Source: Candidatus Berkelbacteria bacterium Licking1014_7
GTDB lineage: Bacteria > Patescibacteriota > UBA1384 > GWA2-35-9 > CG2-30-39-44
Direction of reading: 5' to 3'
Assembly (NCBI GenBank): GCA_007376535.1
Contig: VMGK01000001.1
Location: 1 to 55,473 of the forward strand
Length of the DNA: 55,473 nucleotides
Positions 1 through 9,592 of the stretch are shown here, one piece after another. The notes beneath the pieces were generated by a model, which was given only the letters and a program-made list of their open reading frames with translations, was not told where the DNA came from and searched no databases. The position numbers were made by a program, and so were the translations under genes. The first letter of the stretch is position 1. Every line of letters starts with the position of its first letter.

Positions 1-95
1 TTTGTTATTAACCCCTACAAAGAACAATATCAATCAACTTAAAAAAGTGACATTTCTACTTTGCACAAATGTGACATTTCTATTTTGATTTGACA
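1..95 (+). mobile_element. Right end of an insertion sequence (ISNCY/IS1202/IS21-like): last codons of a probable transposase plus terminal repeats
   Basis: Two direct repeats gtgacatttcta(c/t)tttg at 47-63 and 71-87, ending in ...tttgaca at 95 (TGTCA end on minus strand); open frame FVINPYKEQYQST* at 1-42. Confidence 0.6.
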
Positions 96-124
96 GCCAT
101 GCACTGATCCAATACATCGTGGAC

Positions 125-169
125 ACTGCGAAACCGTTTCCACCTACGGAGTGGAAACGGTTTCGCAGT
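125..169. repeat. REP-like palindrome
   Basis: actgcgaaaccgtttccac-N7-gtggaaacggtttcgcagt (19-bp arms); partial copy at 41654-41680. Confidence 0.8.
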
Positions 170-235
170 ATGGGGTAAACTCCGTCGAGGGAAGGCGACC
201 GACGGAGCGATCTCGTTTAAGACAAAAAAAATTCT

Positions 236-523
236 TTAATTTAAGACCGAGTCCATCCAAAAAATATATTTCATTATGCCAAATCCCAGAAAAATAATCA
301 GGATAACAATCAATAACCCCGCCAAAAGCAAAAGCATTATTGACCAATGTATATGCGACGAGACAGGATTCGCGTGCCACTTATAATACCACTTAAATTT
401 CATCCGCAAAAAATTATGGGCTTTAGTAGACCAATTCCAAGCAGAACGGGTTGTTTTCTGAATCCGAATAATCTTTTCATCTGATCGTTTTGAATTTTGT
501 ATTTTGGTCATCTTATTTTTCAT
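236..523 (-). CDS. Small membrane protein with HNxLR..WH..SSHIH motif before a TM helix (start probably 523 or 511, not 595)
   Basis: ORF track 236..595; its N-terminus is a translated heptamer repeat; C-terminal hydrophobic helix. Confidence 0.6.
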   Translation of the reverse strand: MKNKMTKIQNSKRSDEKIIRIQKTTRSAWNWSTKAHNFLRMKFKWYYKWHANPVSSHIHWSIMLLLLAGLLIVILIIFLGFGIMKYIFWMDSVLN

Positions 524-536
524 TTTTAATATGTGT

Positions 537-590
537 TTTTGACTTTTGACTTTTGACTTTTGACTTTTGACTTTTGACTTTTGACTTTTG
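537..590. repeat. Heptamer tandem repeat (ttttgac)x7.7
   Basis: Read directly from sequence. Confidence 0.95.
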
Positions 591-591
591 T

Positions 592-1767
592 TCACTCATA
601 TCTTAACGCCTGAAGCGGATTGAGGCGCGCCGCCCTTAAAGATGGATATATACCAGTAATAATCCCCACTAAAAGCGAAAAAACTATCACTCCTCCAACA
701 AAAGAAACGGGCAGACGAAAAATCGCCAAGCCCTCCTGACCAACGCTTTTTGCCAATAAATTAATCCCGACATTCACAAACAGGGATAAAATATAAGCCA
801 GAATAACGCCCATCACGCCGCCAGCCAATCCAATCATTCCCGACTCAAAAATAAATAATTTTTCTACTTCTTTGCGCCGCGCGCCCAGCGCCCGGATTAT
901 GCCAATTTCTCGTGTTCTTTCAAGTAAAGTAACTGTCATCGTGTTAAACATTCCGATTGCCGCCACTGCCAGCGCAATCAAACCAAAACTCGCCAGCACG
1001 ATTTGAATCACCTTAAAAACCCGATTGATTTCATTTAATTTTTCCATCAGCGAAGAAACCTCAAACCCCAAATCATTAACTTTTTTTTGCACAGCGGCAA
1101 CATCTGACACTGATTTGGCTTTAATTTTAATTCTTGAATAATCAATCGCGCTTACTGAAAAATCGCTATCTTGAATCTCAACTATCTGTGAAGGATTGTC
1201 AATCACACCCACAACTAAGCCCTTCATTTCATAACTATCCTTGCCATCGGACTGGTTTTGCAACATAAACAAAGATAACTGTATCTCTTTAGCGATGATA
1301 CTTTGCGGATCGCTGATATTAAAAAGTTTTAGCAATCCATTAGAAACGGTTATTTCATTCTTGGCTTTGGGTTTAACCCCGGCTAAAAATTTTGTTTGGT
1401 TCAATTCGTAATAATTGCTATCAACAATTTTTATCAATGTCTCTGTGTTCACTTCTGCATAAGCGCTTTGTCCCGGCAAACTGGTAGAGGCGGATATTTT
1501 TTCAACTTCGGGAAAATTAGAAATCCGCTGGACTACTTTGCTGTCAAGTTTAACCAAGTCAGGATTCCCTGAATAGACCTCTAAACTGGTGGTAGCCGAA
1601 GAAGTGGTTAGTTTTTTAATCGTTAGATCCTGCACTCCAAAACCAATTCCCACCAAAAAAATAATCGCGCCTATGCCGACGCCAACGCCAAGAATTGTCA
1701 AAAATGATCGCATTTTATTGCCGAGCAAATTTTGCAACGAAAGTAAAATTATATCTGATAATCTCAT
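592..1767 (-). CDS. ABC transporter permease, MacB/FtsX family
   Basis: RSFLTILGVGVG N-terminal TM, periplasmic domain, ERTREIGIIRALGA, ALRYE C-terminus. Confidence 0.93.
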   Translation of the reverse strand: MRLSDIILLSLQNLLGNKMRSFLTILGVGVGIGAIIFLVGIGFGVQDLTIKKLTTSSATTSLEVYSGNPDLVKLDSKVVQRISNFPEVEKISASTSLPGQSAYAEVNTETLIKIVDSNYYELNQTKFLAGVKPKAKNEITVSNGLLKLFNISDPQSIIAKEIQLSLFMLQNQSDGKDSYEMKGLVVGVIDNPSQIVEIQDSDFSVSAIDYSRIKIKAKSVSDVAAVQKKVNDLGFEVSSLMEKLNEINRVFKVIQIVLASFGLIALAVAAIGMFNTMTVTLLERTREIGIIRALGARRKEVEKLFIFESGMIGLAGGVMGVILAYILSLFVNVGINLLAKSVGQEGLAIFRLPVSFVGGVIVFSLLVGIITGIYPSLRAARLNPLQALRYE

Positions 1768-2447
1768 TTTACAATTTTCCCGTCTTGAATTTTTATTACT
1801 CTGCTGGCAAGGTGTAGATAGCCAGGATTATGAGTCACCAAGACAATCGTTCTTTTTGATTTTTTGTTTAAAACAACAATGAGTTTCATAACTTCTTTGG
1901 CTGATTTTGAGTCCAAATTTCCGGTCGGCTCGTCAACCAATAAAATCCAGGGCGCGTTGACAAGCGCTCGGGCAATCGCCACCCGCTGTTGCTGTCCGCC
2001 GGAGAGTTCCGAGGGAATCCTATTAAACATTTTTCCCAAGCCAAAATCAGTTAATAGTTTTTTGGCGCGGCTGATCCGACTAACTCTTGATTTTCCTTGC
2101 AACATTCTGGGCAAAGCCACATTTTGCAAAACAGATAAATTCTTGATTAAATTAAATTGCTGAAAGACCATCCCGATTTTGTTTCGGCGGTGAGATGTTA
2201 AACTGTCTTCGTTCATTTTACTCATTTTCTCGCCCCTAATTTTTATTTCTCCGCTGTCAAAAATTTCTAATCCTGCCAGGCAATGAAGCAAGGTTGATTT
2301 GCCGCAACCAGAAGGTCCCAGAATGATAATAAAATCACCAGCGTAAATCTTAAATGAAACGCCGCGCAACGCCCTAAATTCATTGGGTTGACCAATATCA
2401 TAGGTTTTTTCAATTTTAACAACTTCGATGATCGGATGTCGCTTCAT
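1764..2447 (-). CDS. ABC transporter ATP-binding protein, LolD/MacB type
   Basis: Walker A GPSGCGKS, signature LSGGQQQRV, Walker [13 protein letters not shown]-loop VTHN. Confidence 0.95.
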   Translation of the reverse strand: MKRHPIIEVVKIEKTYDIGQPNEFRALRGVSFKIYAGDFIIILGPSGCGKSTLLHCLAGLEIFDSGEIKIRGEKMSKMNEDSLTSHRRNKIGMVFQQFNLIKNLSVLQNVALPRMLQGKSRVSRISRAKKLLTDFGLGKMFNRIPSELSGGQQQRVAIARALVNAPWILLVDEPTGNLDSKSAKEVMKLIVVLNKKSKRTIVLVTHNPGYLHLASRVIKIQDGKIVK

Positions 2448-2535
2448 TGATTGCTATTTATTTTAAGATGTTAAGTCCAAGAACAGATGGTTATTACAAG
2501 AGGACGCAGCCCGAAAATTCTTTGTTTAGTAAAAT

Positions 2536-2663
2536 GAGGTATTGTTGATTTGAAGCCATCCGCAGCCGAGCGGGCACGGTGGTCGCCGCGGCGACCGAGC
2601 GAGGCGAGGACGAGCGAGGAGCCGTGCTGGGGCGACGAGCGTGCTGAAAATCAATTATACCTC
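2536..2663. mobile_element. MITE-like GC-rich intergenic element
   Basis: Imperfect TIRs gaggtattgttgattt...aaatcaattatacctc, internal palindrome ggtcgccgcggcgacc; ttattacaagagg repeated on both sides (2491, 2665). Confidence 0.55.
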
Positions 2664-2769
2664 TTTATTACAAGAGGGATTTTACGCAGCCCCGCCCTTT
2701 CAGAAGAAAGAGCGAGGCGCAGTAAAATCCCATTACAATTAGCGTAAAAAAGAACGCCAGTAGGATTCT

Positions 2770-5700
2770 TTATTTTTTCAATATCGCCGGGATAAAACTA
2801 AAAGTATCTTCCAACAATTTTACAATAATTTGCAAGGTTGACGCCTCTTTTTCAGGAGTCAATATGGTGTAATCCGCGCTTTGCGCCTGATTATTAAACT
2901 CATCGCTGGACGCGACTCTAAAACGATAAGTGGTTGAAGCGTCAAGATTTTTCAAAACCACCACATGCGACTGATTTAAGTTGATGTCTAACTGACTTTT
3001 TTGCGAAAAATCCCCAGAAGCAACTCCGATCCCGTAAAAGGCCTGCGAAGAAGCCGGTTCGTCGGTCTGCCAAGATATAATCGTTTGCACTCGCGCCCCT
3101 TCCCCTGATCCAATGGTAGAGACCTCTGACTTAACTTTGCTAATCTGGGGCGGATACACGTCTGACTTGGTAGTCAAGGAATAGGTCTCTGACACCGCAG
3201 TATTGCCATAAGTGTCAGTTGATTTTATTTGATAAGAATACTTGGTATTGGGAGTTAGCCCCTGAAGCGTAACACTATGATTTACCAACTGGTCAGACGA
3301 ACCCTGATCTTGGTTGGGCACTGTGGTCCCAAAACTTACCAGAGAAGTGGTCGGCACATTGGTTTTCCAACTCACCACCGCTGTGCGCGCCAAAACCTCG
3401 CCCAACTTTATTTCTGTTACTTTGGGCTGGGGCAAGGTGGAAAATTGGTACAAATCCGACTCAACCGCATTGCTGTCTTCATCCAATCCTGACAACTTAA
3501 AATAATATTTTGTGTCTTCTGCCAAATCTTTGAGACGGATGGTGTGCGTGGTGGTGGAACCAACTGATTGATCAGCCAGAGTTTCGGTAATATTTTTATC
3601 TTTGCCATATTTGAACATTGACGATGTTACGACATTGGTTGTCCAGCCCACAATCGCCGAATTCAAACTAATATCGTTCACTTCCACATCGGAAATTGCC
3701 CCCTCTGCTTTGGTGGTAAAGGTTTGATTAGACAAAATTCCAATATTTCCGCTGGTGTCTTTGGAGCGGATTTCGTAATAATAGGTGGTGGCGGGGGCGA
3801 GTCCTGATAGAGTTACTGAATGCGAGGTGACTGTATCGTCCTTGCCGATTTCAGAGCCGAGCGCTGAAAAGGTCCCATAGCGGATAATTGAGTTGGAAAC
3901 CTTATCAGTCAACCAAGTAATTGTGGCTGAACGGGCTTCCACTGAAACCTGAGGGCTGTCGCCGGCAATGGTCGGCGGAGTGATATCAATAAGCAATGGC
4001 TCAGTCGTAAAATCAGAGACCGACGAATAAGCCACATTGCCATAACTGTCTTGGGATTTTACCCGATAATAATATTTGGTCTGGGCGCTTAAACCAGACA
4101 AAACGACTGTGTGTTCGGTCTGGCTATCATCTGGTTTGCCTTGTGAAATAGACAAATCGTCCGCGCTCGCGCCAAATTCCACAAAAGAATTGGCGCTTAC
4201 ATTTGAATTCCAACTAATGCTCACTGTGGAAAGAGTGATATCTGACGATAGGGGCGTTTCAACCGATGGGGTGGTTAAAGTGGTAAACGATAAATTATTA
4301 TCATCAGGATAACTCAAAATCGTTTGATTGTTGTTGGAATCCTTGGAAATCACTTTAGCATAATAAACCTTGCCCGCGGTCAAACCCGTCAAACTTACCC
4401 GATGAGTGCGGTTGGACTGAGTGTCTTCAGTAGTTGATAAATTTAAATTATTTGCCGCAATTCCATAAAAGACCTGCGAAGTGGCTGGTTCGTCGGTCTG
4501 CCAAGAAACTATGGCGGTTGTTTCGGTAATTGAACCAACTGACGCCAGAGTAATCACCGGGGCGGTCTCATCGCCGGTGGTAGTGAAAGAAATTTCATCA
4601 GACCTCACACTGTTAGCCGAACTGTCTTTTGACTCCGCCAAACAATAATAAGTGGTGTTGCGGGTTAAATCAGTCAACGAGACAGTGTGATTATAATCCT
4701 TTTCTGATTGCAAGGTTGATTTTGTTCCTAAATCAAATCCAAACCCGCTGGTAATAGAACAAGAGACCTGGGTGGTGGACGCCTCGCCGGTCTTCCAAGT
4801 GATAACGGCTGAATTATTCAGTATATTGTTTGCCGTTGGTCCGGTCGTAATAGTCGGCGGAGTTGAATCCGAAGCAGTGTTAAAGGAGAAATAGGCGCCG
4901 CTGTTATTGTTAGTCGTCTGGTTAGCGTCAGTGTCCCGGGATTTGACTTGAAAATAATAGGTGGTGCTTTGGTCTAAACCGGTCAACGCCACTGAATGAG
5001 AAGTGACTGATTCGCTGCGGTTGCCACTGGTCTTCCAGGTTGCATCAGGCGCAGCCGTGGTTCCCCATTCAATTAAACTATCCGAGGCGGTTGAAGTAGT
5101 CCAGGTGATGGTGGCGCTGGTCTGCCCGGGCGTGCCGGCAGAAACCGCAGAAATGACTGGCGCGGACAAAGTGGCAAAAGTATAGCCGGCGCCGGAATTG
5201 TCGGCTGTGCCCTCATTGCCCCCGCTGTCCCGGGATTTAACCCGGAAATAATAGGTGGCGCCGGGCGTTAAACCCTTTAATGCAACCGAATGCGAAGTAA
5301 TTGATTCCGCGCTATTGCCGGCTGACGAACCGTAAGAATTGGTCGCGCCATAATCCACAATGGAATTAGAGACCTCGTTAGTTGTCCAAGTGATGGTGGC
5401 GGTTTTAGTGGTGATAGAGGAGGCGGAAGGAACATTGGTGATGGTCGGCGGGGTGATGTCAAGCGAAGCCGGCTGATTGCTGGTTTCCGCAGAAGTGGTC
5501 GGATTGGCGGCTAAGTCCGTAACTTTAATTTTGTAATAATAAGTGCTGGTGTTGACTAATCCATCGTCAAAATAATGGGAGTCAGTTTGACTGGTGATGG
5601 TAGCCGCATCGCTATAGACACCGGCATCCACTTTGCGCTGGACTGTGTAGGAAGAAAAGTCGCCGTCCGGATTGGTGTCCCAGTCCACAAAATGGCGATA

Positions 5701-8379
5701 AGGTCCAGAGCCGCCGGTTTTAGAAACATCAAAGACCTCTAAATTAGTCGGGACAGCCGGATTGGTGGTGTCAAAGATAATCGTATCCGACGAAGTGGCA
5801 GTATTGCCTTTAGTATCTTTGAGTCGTAAATAGACCGTCTTATTGCCGTCGTTGGCAGTTAAAGTCCATGCCTTGGAAGTAGTATATGTCTCATAGTCCG
5901 ACCAAGTGGAATTATCATTGGAAAACTGCATCTGCAAAGCAGTGTCGTCAGTGGCGGAAAGCGTTAATGTGACAGTTTGCGAATTGGTGATGGCAGCGCC
6001 GGAATTGATGGAAAAAGTGGAGATAACCGGGTTTTTGGTGTCTAAAATAAAGGTTGTTGATTCAGCCGTGTTGGTGCCGCCGACATTGCCATCATTGGCA
6101 GTAACCTTGATCTTCATTCCAGTAGTGTATTGATTATTATAATCGGTTTTTGCCGTCCAAGCGCCGGTGTGATTATTGCCCGGAGAAGCGCCGCTGGCTT
6201 TTGCCCCCTCGCCGGTGGTAGTTGTCGCTTCTTGATACGCAGAACCGTCCCAGTATTGAAATGAAATCGTGGCAGTGGCGTCATCTTCATCGGATAAAGT
6301 GTAACTGATATTGACCTCGCCAGTGGCGGCTTGAGACGCTGTCAATGAGGTAATTTGCGGTTTGGCATTGGTTAAAAATGAATAAGTCGGGGTTGACCAA
6401 TCACCCCATGCGTTAGCGCCAGCAGGCGCCTTGGAGGCAGTGCGCCAATAGTAAGTTGTCTTGGCAACAAGCGCTGACTGCACCGTATATGTCACCGAAG
6501 TTCCAGTAGCATAAGGAGTAGTATTGCTATTCGTCCAACCAGTGCCACTTGATGATTGATCAAATGTCTGAACATTGGCGGTAAAGCCGGAATCAGTGGC
6601 GATCTGGATTTTAACATTCATTGGATTGCTGGCAGCTTCAGTCGGAGTAATGATAAATGCCGGCGTGACAGAGGCGGATGAAGTTGAACCGGAAACCGCC
6701 ACCCCGTCTACTGAAACCGGAGTTGAGACCGCCTTGGCGTAGAGATAATTGGAGCCAATGCCACCAGCAACATTGCCGGTTCCCCCGCTGACTGTCCGTG
6801 TGCCGGTAAATGTATTGGCAGTGATGTAATAAACCGCTATCCTTCCTCCGCCGCCTCCTCCGCCAAAGCTGACACCGTTGCCACCAATGGCAGTGATAGT
6901 GCTGCCTGCGCCGGCAAAAGTGTTAGCAGTAAGATAGACACTCCCACCCGAAGCGCCACCACCATCAGAACTACTGCCGTTGCTGCCATTGGCGGTCATA
7001 TTGCCATTGATGGTAACTGTGCCCGAAGAGCCGTTAATGGTAATTGCTCCTCCACCAGCGGTGGAAGCCCCTGAACCTAAGTCAGTCGGCGTAACAGCGC
7101 TACCGTAAACGCTACCGGCAATTGCCACGCCAGCACACGAACCGCCCGCCGCGCCGCCCGCTCCTCCATAACCGCCACCACCGGTACAAACTGAGCCGTT
7201 ATACATACCTGCGCCAGGACCGGTTTCAGCCGCATAGCCCTGCCCATTGGCAGAAAAAGTAGACCCGCTGTATAAAGAGAAACTACCGCTTAAGTTAAGA
7301 GTCGGACCAATTCCACTCGGAGAGACACCGCTCCCCTTGGCTAAGACCGTGGCATTATTTGAGACGTCTCCGAGAGTAACATTGCGAAAACGATAGATTC
7401 CGTCGCTTGAAGCGGTCAGATCAGCATTTACTCCTCTGGCGCCGCTAAACTCAAATGTTTTATAAACATAGGCATCCTTGTTGGTAATGTCAACAAAAAT
7501 CACTGTTCCATTTGAGCCGCTTTGTCCATTCACTGAAGTACCGGCAGTAGTAACTGCGTTGGCAAATGAAAAAGTGTTGGAACTTGAATACCTGATAGAG
7601 ATCCTTCCTCCTCCACCTCCGCCACCGTAACTGACACCGTTACCGCCATTGGCAGTAATATTCCCCGTTCCAGCAATCGTTCCAGTAGTAATATATGCGC
7701 TCCCTCCCGAGCCGCCGCCAGCTTCGCCCGCTGCTCCATTCAGACCATTAGCAGAAATAGTCCCGCTAACGGTTGTTGTGCCCGAGGCAGTGATAATAAT
7801 CGCTCCTCCTCCAGCTACTCCTCCTCCAGAACCCAAGTTGGTAGGCGCAGTGTCGTTCGTTCCGTAAGTACCGCCCCCTAAAGCTAAGCCTGTGCAAGAA
7901 CCCAAACCATTGCCTCCGCTTCCGCCATATCCTCCTCCGCCAGTGCAAGCGCTTCCTCCTGAAATTCCCGCACCCGGTCCGGCAGAAGCTCCAAATCCGC
8001 CTCCGTTTCCATCAATCGCTCCGCCACTCGCCACATTGACAGTGGCAAAATTAAAGGTGACGCCGTAACCGGTAGCGCCGGAAATTTCTCCATTGACCGT
8101 GACGGTGCCGTTGACGGTCAAGGTACCAGTACCGGTGATGGTAAAACCGCCTGAATCATAAACTCCGCCGCCCACAGTCAATGTCACGCCGCTATTCACG
8201 GTTAAATTACCGATACTACTCGGCACATCCGCCGCGTTCGCCCAAGTAGTATTAGATGAAATCGTATAATCAGTGGCAAAGACCGATTTGGGCACAAACG
8301 TCAAAACCAATCCCGCCACTAACAAAATAGCGGTCAAGATGATGAATAGTTTGTGGTGCTTTTTGATAAAAGGTTTCAT
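2770..8379 (-). CDS. Large surface protein: signal/TM, two Gly-rich modules, many fibronectin type III-like repeats
   Basis: N-terminal hydrophobic helix ending VFA; GGGSGG/GGGGGRI motifs twice; about nine repeats of A-x-I-x-W-x-T...H-x-V-x-L-x-GL...T-x-YY...S-x-D-xx-GN. Confidence 0.88.
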   Translation of the reverse strand: MKPFIKKHHKLFIILTAILLVAGLVLTFVPKSVFATDYTISSNTTWANAADVPSSIGNLTVNSGVTLTVGGGVYDSGGFTITGTGTLTVNGTVTVNGEISGATGYGVTFNFATVNVASGGAIDGNGGGFGASAGPGAGISGGSACTGGGGYGGSGGNGLGSCTGLALGGGTYGTNDTAPTNLGSGGGVAGGGAIIITASGTTTVSGTISANGLNGAAGEAGGGSGGSAYITTGTIAGTGNITANGGNGVSYGGGGGGGRISIRYSSSNTFSFANAVTTAGTSVNGQSGSNGTVIFVDITNKDAYVYKTFEFSGARGVNADLTASSDGIYRFRNVTLGDVSNNATVLAKGSGVSPSGIGPTLNLSGSFSLYSGSTFSANGQGYAAETGPGAGMYNGSVCTGGGGYGGAGGAAGGSCAGVAIAGSVYGSAVTPTDLGSGASTAGGGAITINGSSGTVTINGNMTANGSNGSSSDGGGASGGSVYLTANTFAGAGSTITAIGGNGVSFGGGGGGGRIAVYYITANTFTGTRTVSGGTGNVAGGIGSNYLYAKAVSTPVSVDGVAVSGSTSSASVTPAFIITPTEAASNPMNVKIQIATDSGFTANVQTFDQSSSGTGWTNSNTTPYATGTSVTYTVQSALVAKTTYYWRTASKAPAGANAWGDWSTPTYSFLTNAKPQITSLTASQAATGEVNISYTLSDEDDATATISFQYWDGSAYQEATTTTGEGAKASGASPGNNHTGAWTAKTDYNNQYTTGMKIKVTANDGNVGGTNTAESTTFILDTKNPVISTFSINSGAAITNSQTVTLTLSATDDTALQMQFSNDNSTWSDYETYTTSKAWTLTANDGNKTVYLRLKDTKGNTATSSDTIIFDTTNPAVPTNLEVFDVSKTGGSGPYRHFVDWDTNPDGDFSSYTVQRKVDAGVYSDAATITSQTDSHYFDDGLVNTSTYYYKIKVTDLAANPTTSAETSNQPASLDITPPTITNVPSASSITTKTATITWTTNEVSNSIVDYGATNSYGSSAGNSAESITSHSVALKGLTPGATYYFRVKSRDSGGNEGTADNSGAGYTFATLSAPVISAVSAGTPGQTSATITWTTSTASDSLIEWGTTAAPDATWKTSGNRSESVTSHSVALTGLDQSTTYYFQVKSRDTDANQTTNNNSGAYFSFNTASDSTPPTITTGPTANNILNNSAVITWKTGEASTTQVSCSITSGFGFDLGTKSTLQSEKDYNHTVSLTDLTRNTTYYCLAESKDSSANSVRSDEISFTTTGDETAPVITLASVGSITETTAIVSWQTDEPATSQVFYGIAANNLNLSTTEDTQSNRTHRVSLTGLTAGKVYYAKVISKDSNNNQTILSYPDDNNLSFTTLTTPSVETPLSSDITLSTVSISWNSNVSANSFVEFGASADDLSISQGKPDDSQTEHTVVLSGLSAQTKYYYRVKSQDSYGNVAYSSVSDFTTEPLLIDITPPTIAGDSPQVSVEARSATITWLTDKVSNSIIRYGTFSALGSEIGKDDTVTSHSVTLSGLAPATTYYYEIRSKDTSGNIGILSNQTFTTKAEGAISDVEVNDISLNSAIVGWTTNVVTSSMFKYGKDKNITETLADQSVGSTTTHTIRLKDLAEDTKYYFKLSGLDEDSNAVESDLYQFSTLPQPKVTEIKLGEVLARTAVVSWKTNVPTTSLVSFGTTVPNQDQGSSDQLVNHSVTLQGLTPNTKYSYQIKSTDTYGNTAVSETYSLTTKSDVYPPQISKVKSEVSTIGSGEGARVQTIISWQTDEPASSQAFYGIGVASGDFSQKSQLDINLNQSHVVVLKNLDASTTYRFRVASSDEFNNQAQSADYTILTPEKEASTLQIIVKLLEDTFSFIPAILKK

Positions 8380-8443
8380 CTATTTTTAATCTCAAAACTT
8401 AAATGTTTTTTACTGAAATTTACAATTTACAATTCTCAATTTA

Positions 8444-8517
8444 CCCGCCTTCATTGCTTGATATTCCACTCGAATTATTCATTCGTGTTCCATTCAGGCA
8501 ATTATGGCGGGCAGGCA
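8444..8517. repeat. Dispersed hairpin repeat (cccgcc...ggcgggcagg); second copy 17108-17212
   Basis: Near-identical copies; the second carries a 31-bp insert. Confidence 0.85.
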
Positions 8518-8553
8518 TTGAATTTACAATGTTTCAATTTACAATTTAACAAA

Positions 8554-8913
8554 CTATTTCAAACTGTTGGTGATTTTTTGAAAAATCATCGTCAATTCTT
8601 GCGCTTCTTTCCAAAGTTGGGTAATTTTATCTTTTTTATCGGGTTCACATTTAGCCAGCATTCTTAACCAATGTTTTGATTCCTGAATTTCTTTTTTGCA
8701 AATAAATATTTTGGTTCTAAAATCTTTCTTGGAAGAGGCGGCATTAGCTTCCATGTAATTAGCGCCAACAGAAGTAGAAGATCTAATTAGTTGAGAAATA
8801 ATTGGCACTGAAATAATTGTCTGCTTTAAGGCGCGGCAGAAGACAATTACCTCCTCGCCAAATTTTGCCGTTCTTTCTTCAAGATTGTAGTTTGTGTTTG
8901 AAAATTGAGTCAT
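8554..8913 (-). CDS. Four helix bundle protein (23S rRNA IVS protein-like, TIGR02436-type)
   Basis: LEERT..F, QLIRSSTSVGANYMEA, SKKDF..K..ICKKE..ES..WL. Confidence 0.92.
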   Translation of the reverse strand: MTQFSNTNYNLEERTAKFGEEVIVFCRALKQTIISVPIISQLIRSSTSVGANYMEANAASSKKDFRTKIFICKKEIQESKHWLRMLAKCEPDKKDKITQLWKEAQELTMIFQKITNSLK

Positions 8914-8985
8914 TGTTTCATTGAAAATTGATTGAAAATTAGAAATTGGAATGTTTGAAAATTGATATTATAGTTTTGGATTTTG

Positions 8986-9570
8986 TCATTTTTTCAGTAT
9001 TTCCTCCAAATACTCTCCTGCTACTTTATTTTTGCTGTCTGAAGCAATCCTCTGTAAAAACGCCACCAAATCCTTTTTATTGACCCACTCTTGGGATTGA
9101 TAAAGATTGATTAAATTTTGATAAGCAGTTCTGAATTCAGGATTGAGTTCAATCGCTTTTTGATAATTCAATGTTGCTGACTGAAAATTCCCCATTTCCC
9201 GCCAAGCATTAGCCAAATAGTTATAATAAACAACGTTCTGCTCAAGACCCACTAATTTATCATAAATATTAATGACGTTTTCAAAATTTCTTAAATTAAA
9301 TTCTGCCAAACCCAGCAATTCTGAGTAGATTACATTTTCCGAGTCGCCCCTTACCACGGGATCTAATAAAATTTTTACCTGCTGATAATCTTGGTCTGCT
9401 TTTGCCTTTAACGCTTTGTGATAATTTTCTTCGGCTAACACCGAGCCCTTGGAAATAACCGACTCGCTATTTTTTGTTGGACGAAAAAATGATAATACCA
9501 CAATTAACGCGAGCACAAGAAGAAAAATAATTATTAAATAAAGAATTTTTCGCTTTCTGCTAATTTTCAT
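8986..9570 (-). CDS. Membrane-anchored tetratricopeptide repeat protein
   Basis: N-terminal TM; YYNYLANAWREMGNFQSA..NYQKAIELNP TPR pattern. Confidence 0.8.
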   Translation of the reverse strand: MKISRKRKILYLIIIFLLVLALIVVLSFFRPTKNSESVISKGSVLAEENYHKALKAKADQDYQQVKILLDPVVRGDSENVIYSELLGLAEFNLRNFENVINIYDKLVGLEQNVVYYNYLANAWREMGNFQSATLNYQKAIELNPEFRTAYQNLINLYQSQEWVNKKDLVAFLQRIASDSKNKVAGEYLEEILKK

Positions 9571-9592
9571 ATTTCCTCCTTAATTTTTGTCA

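Noticed and set aside
524-595. SQKSKVK-repeat N-terminus of ORF 236..595
   Set aside because: Translation of a 7-bp DNA tandem repeat; downstream ATGs are more plausible starts
2550-2747. 65-aa ORF
   Set aside because: Lies within a MITE-like palindromic element
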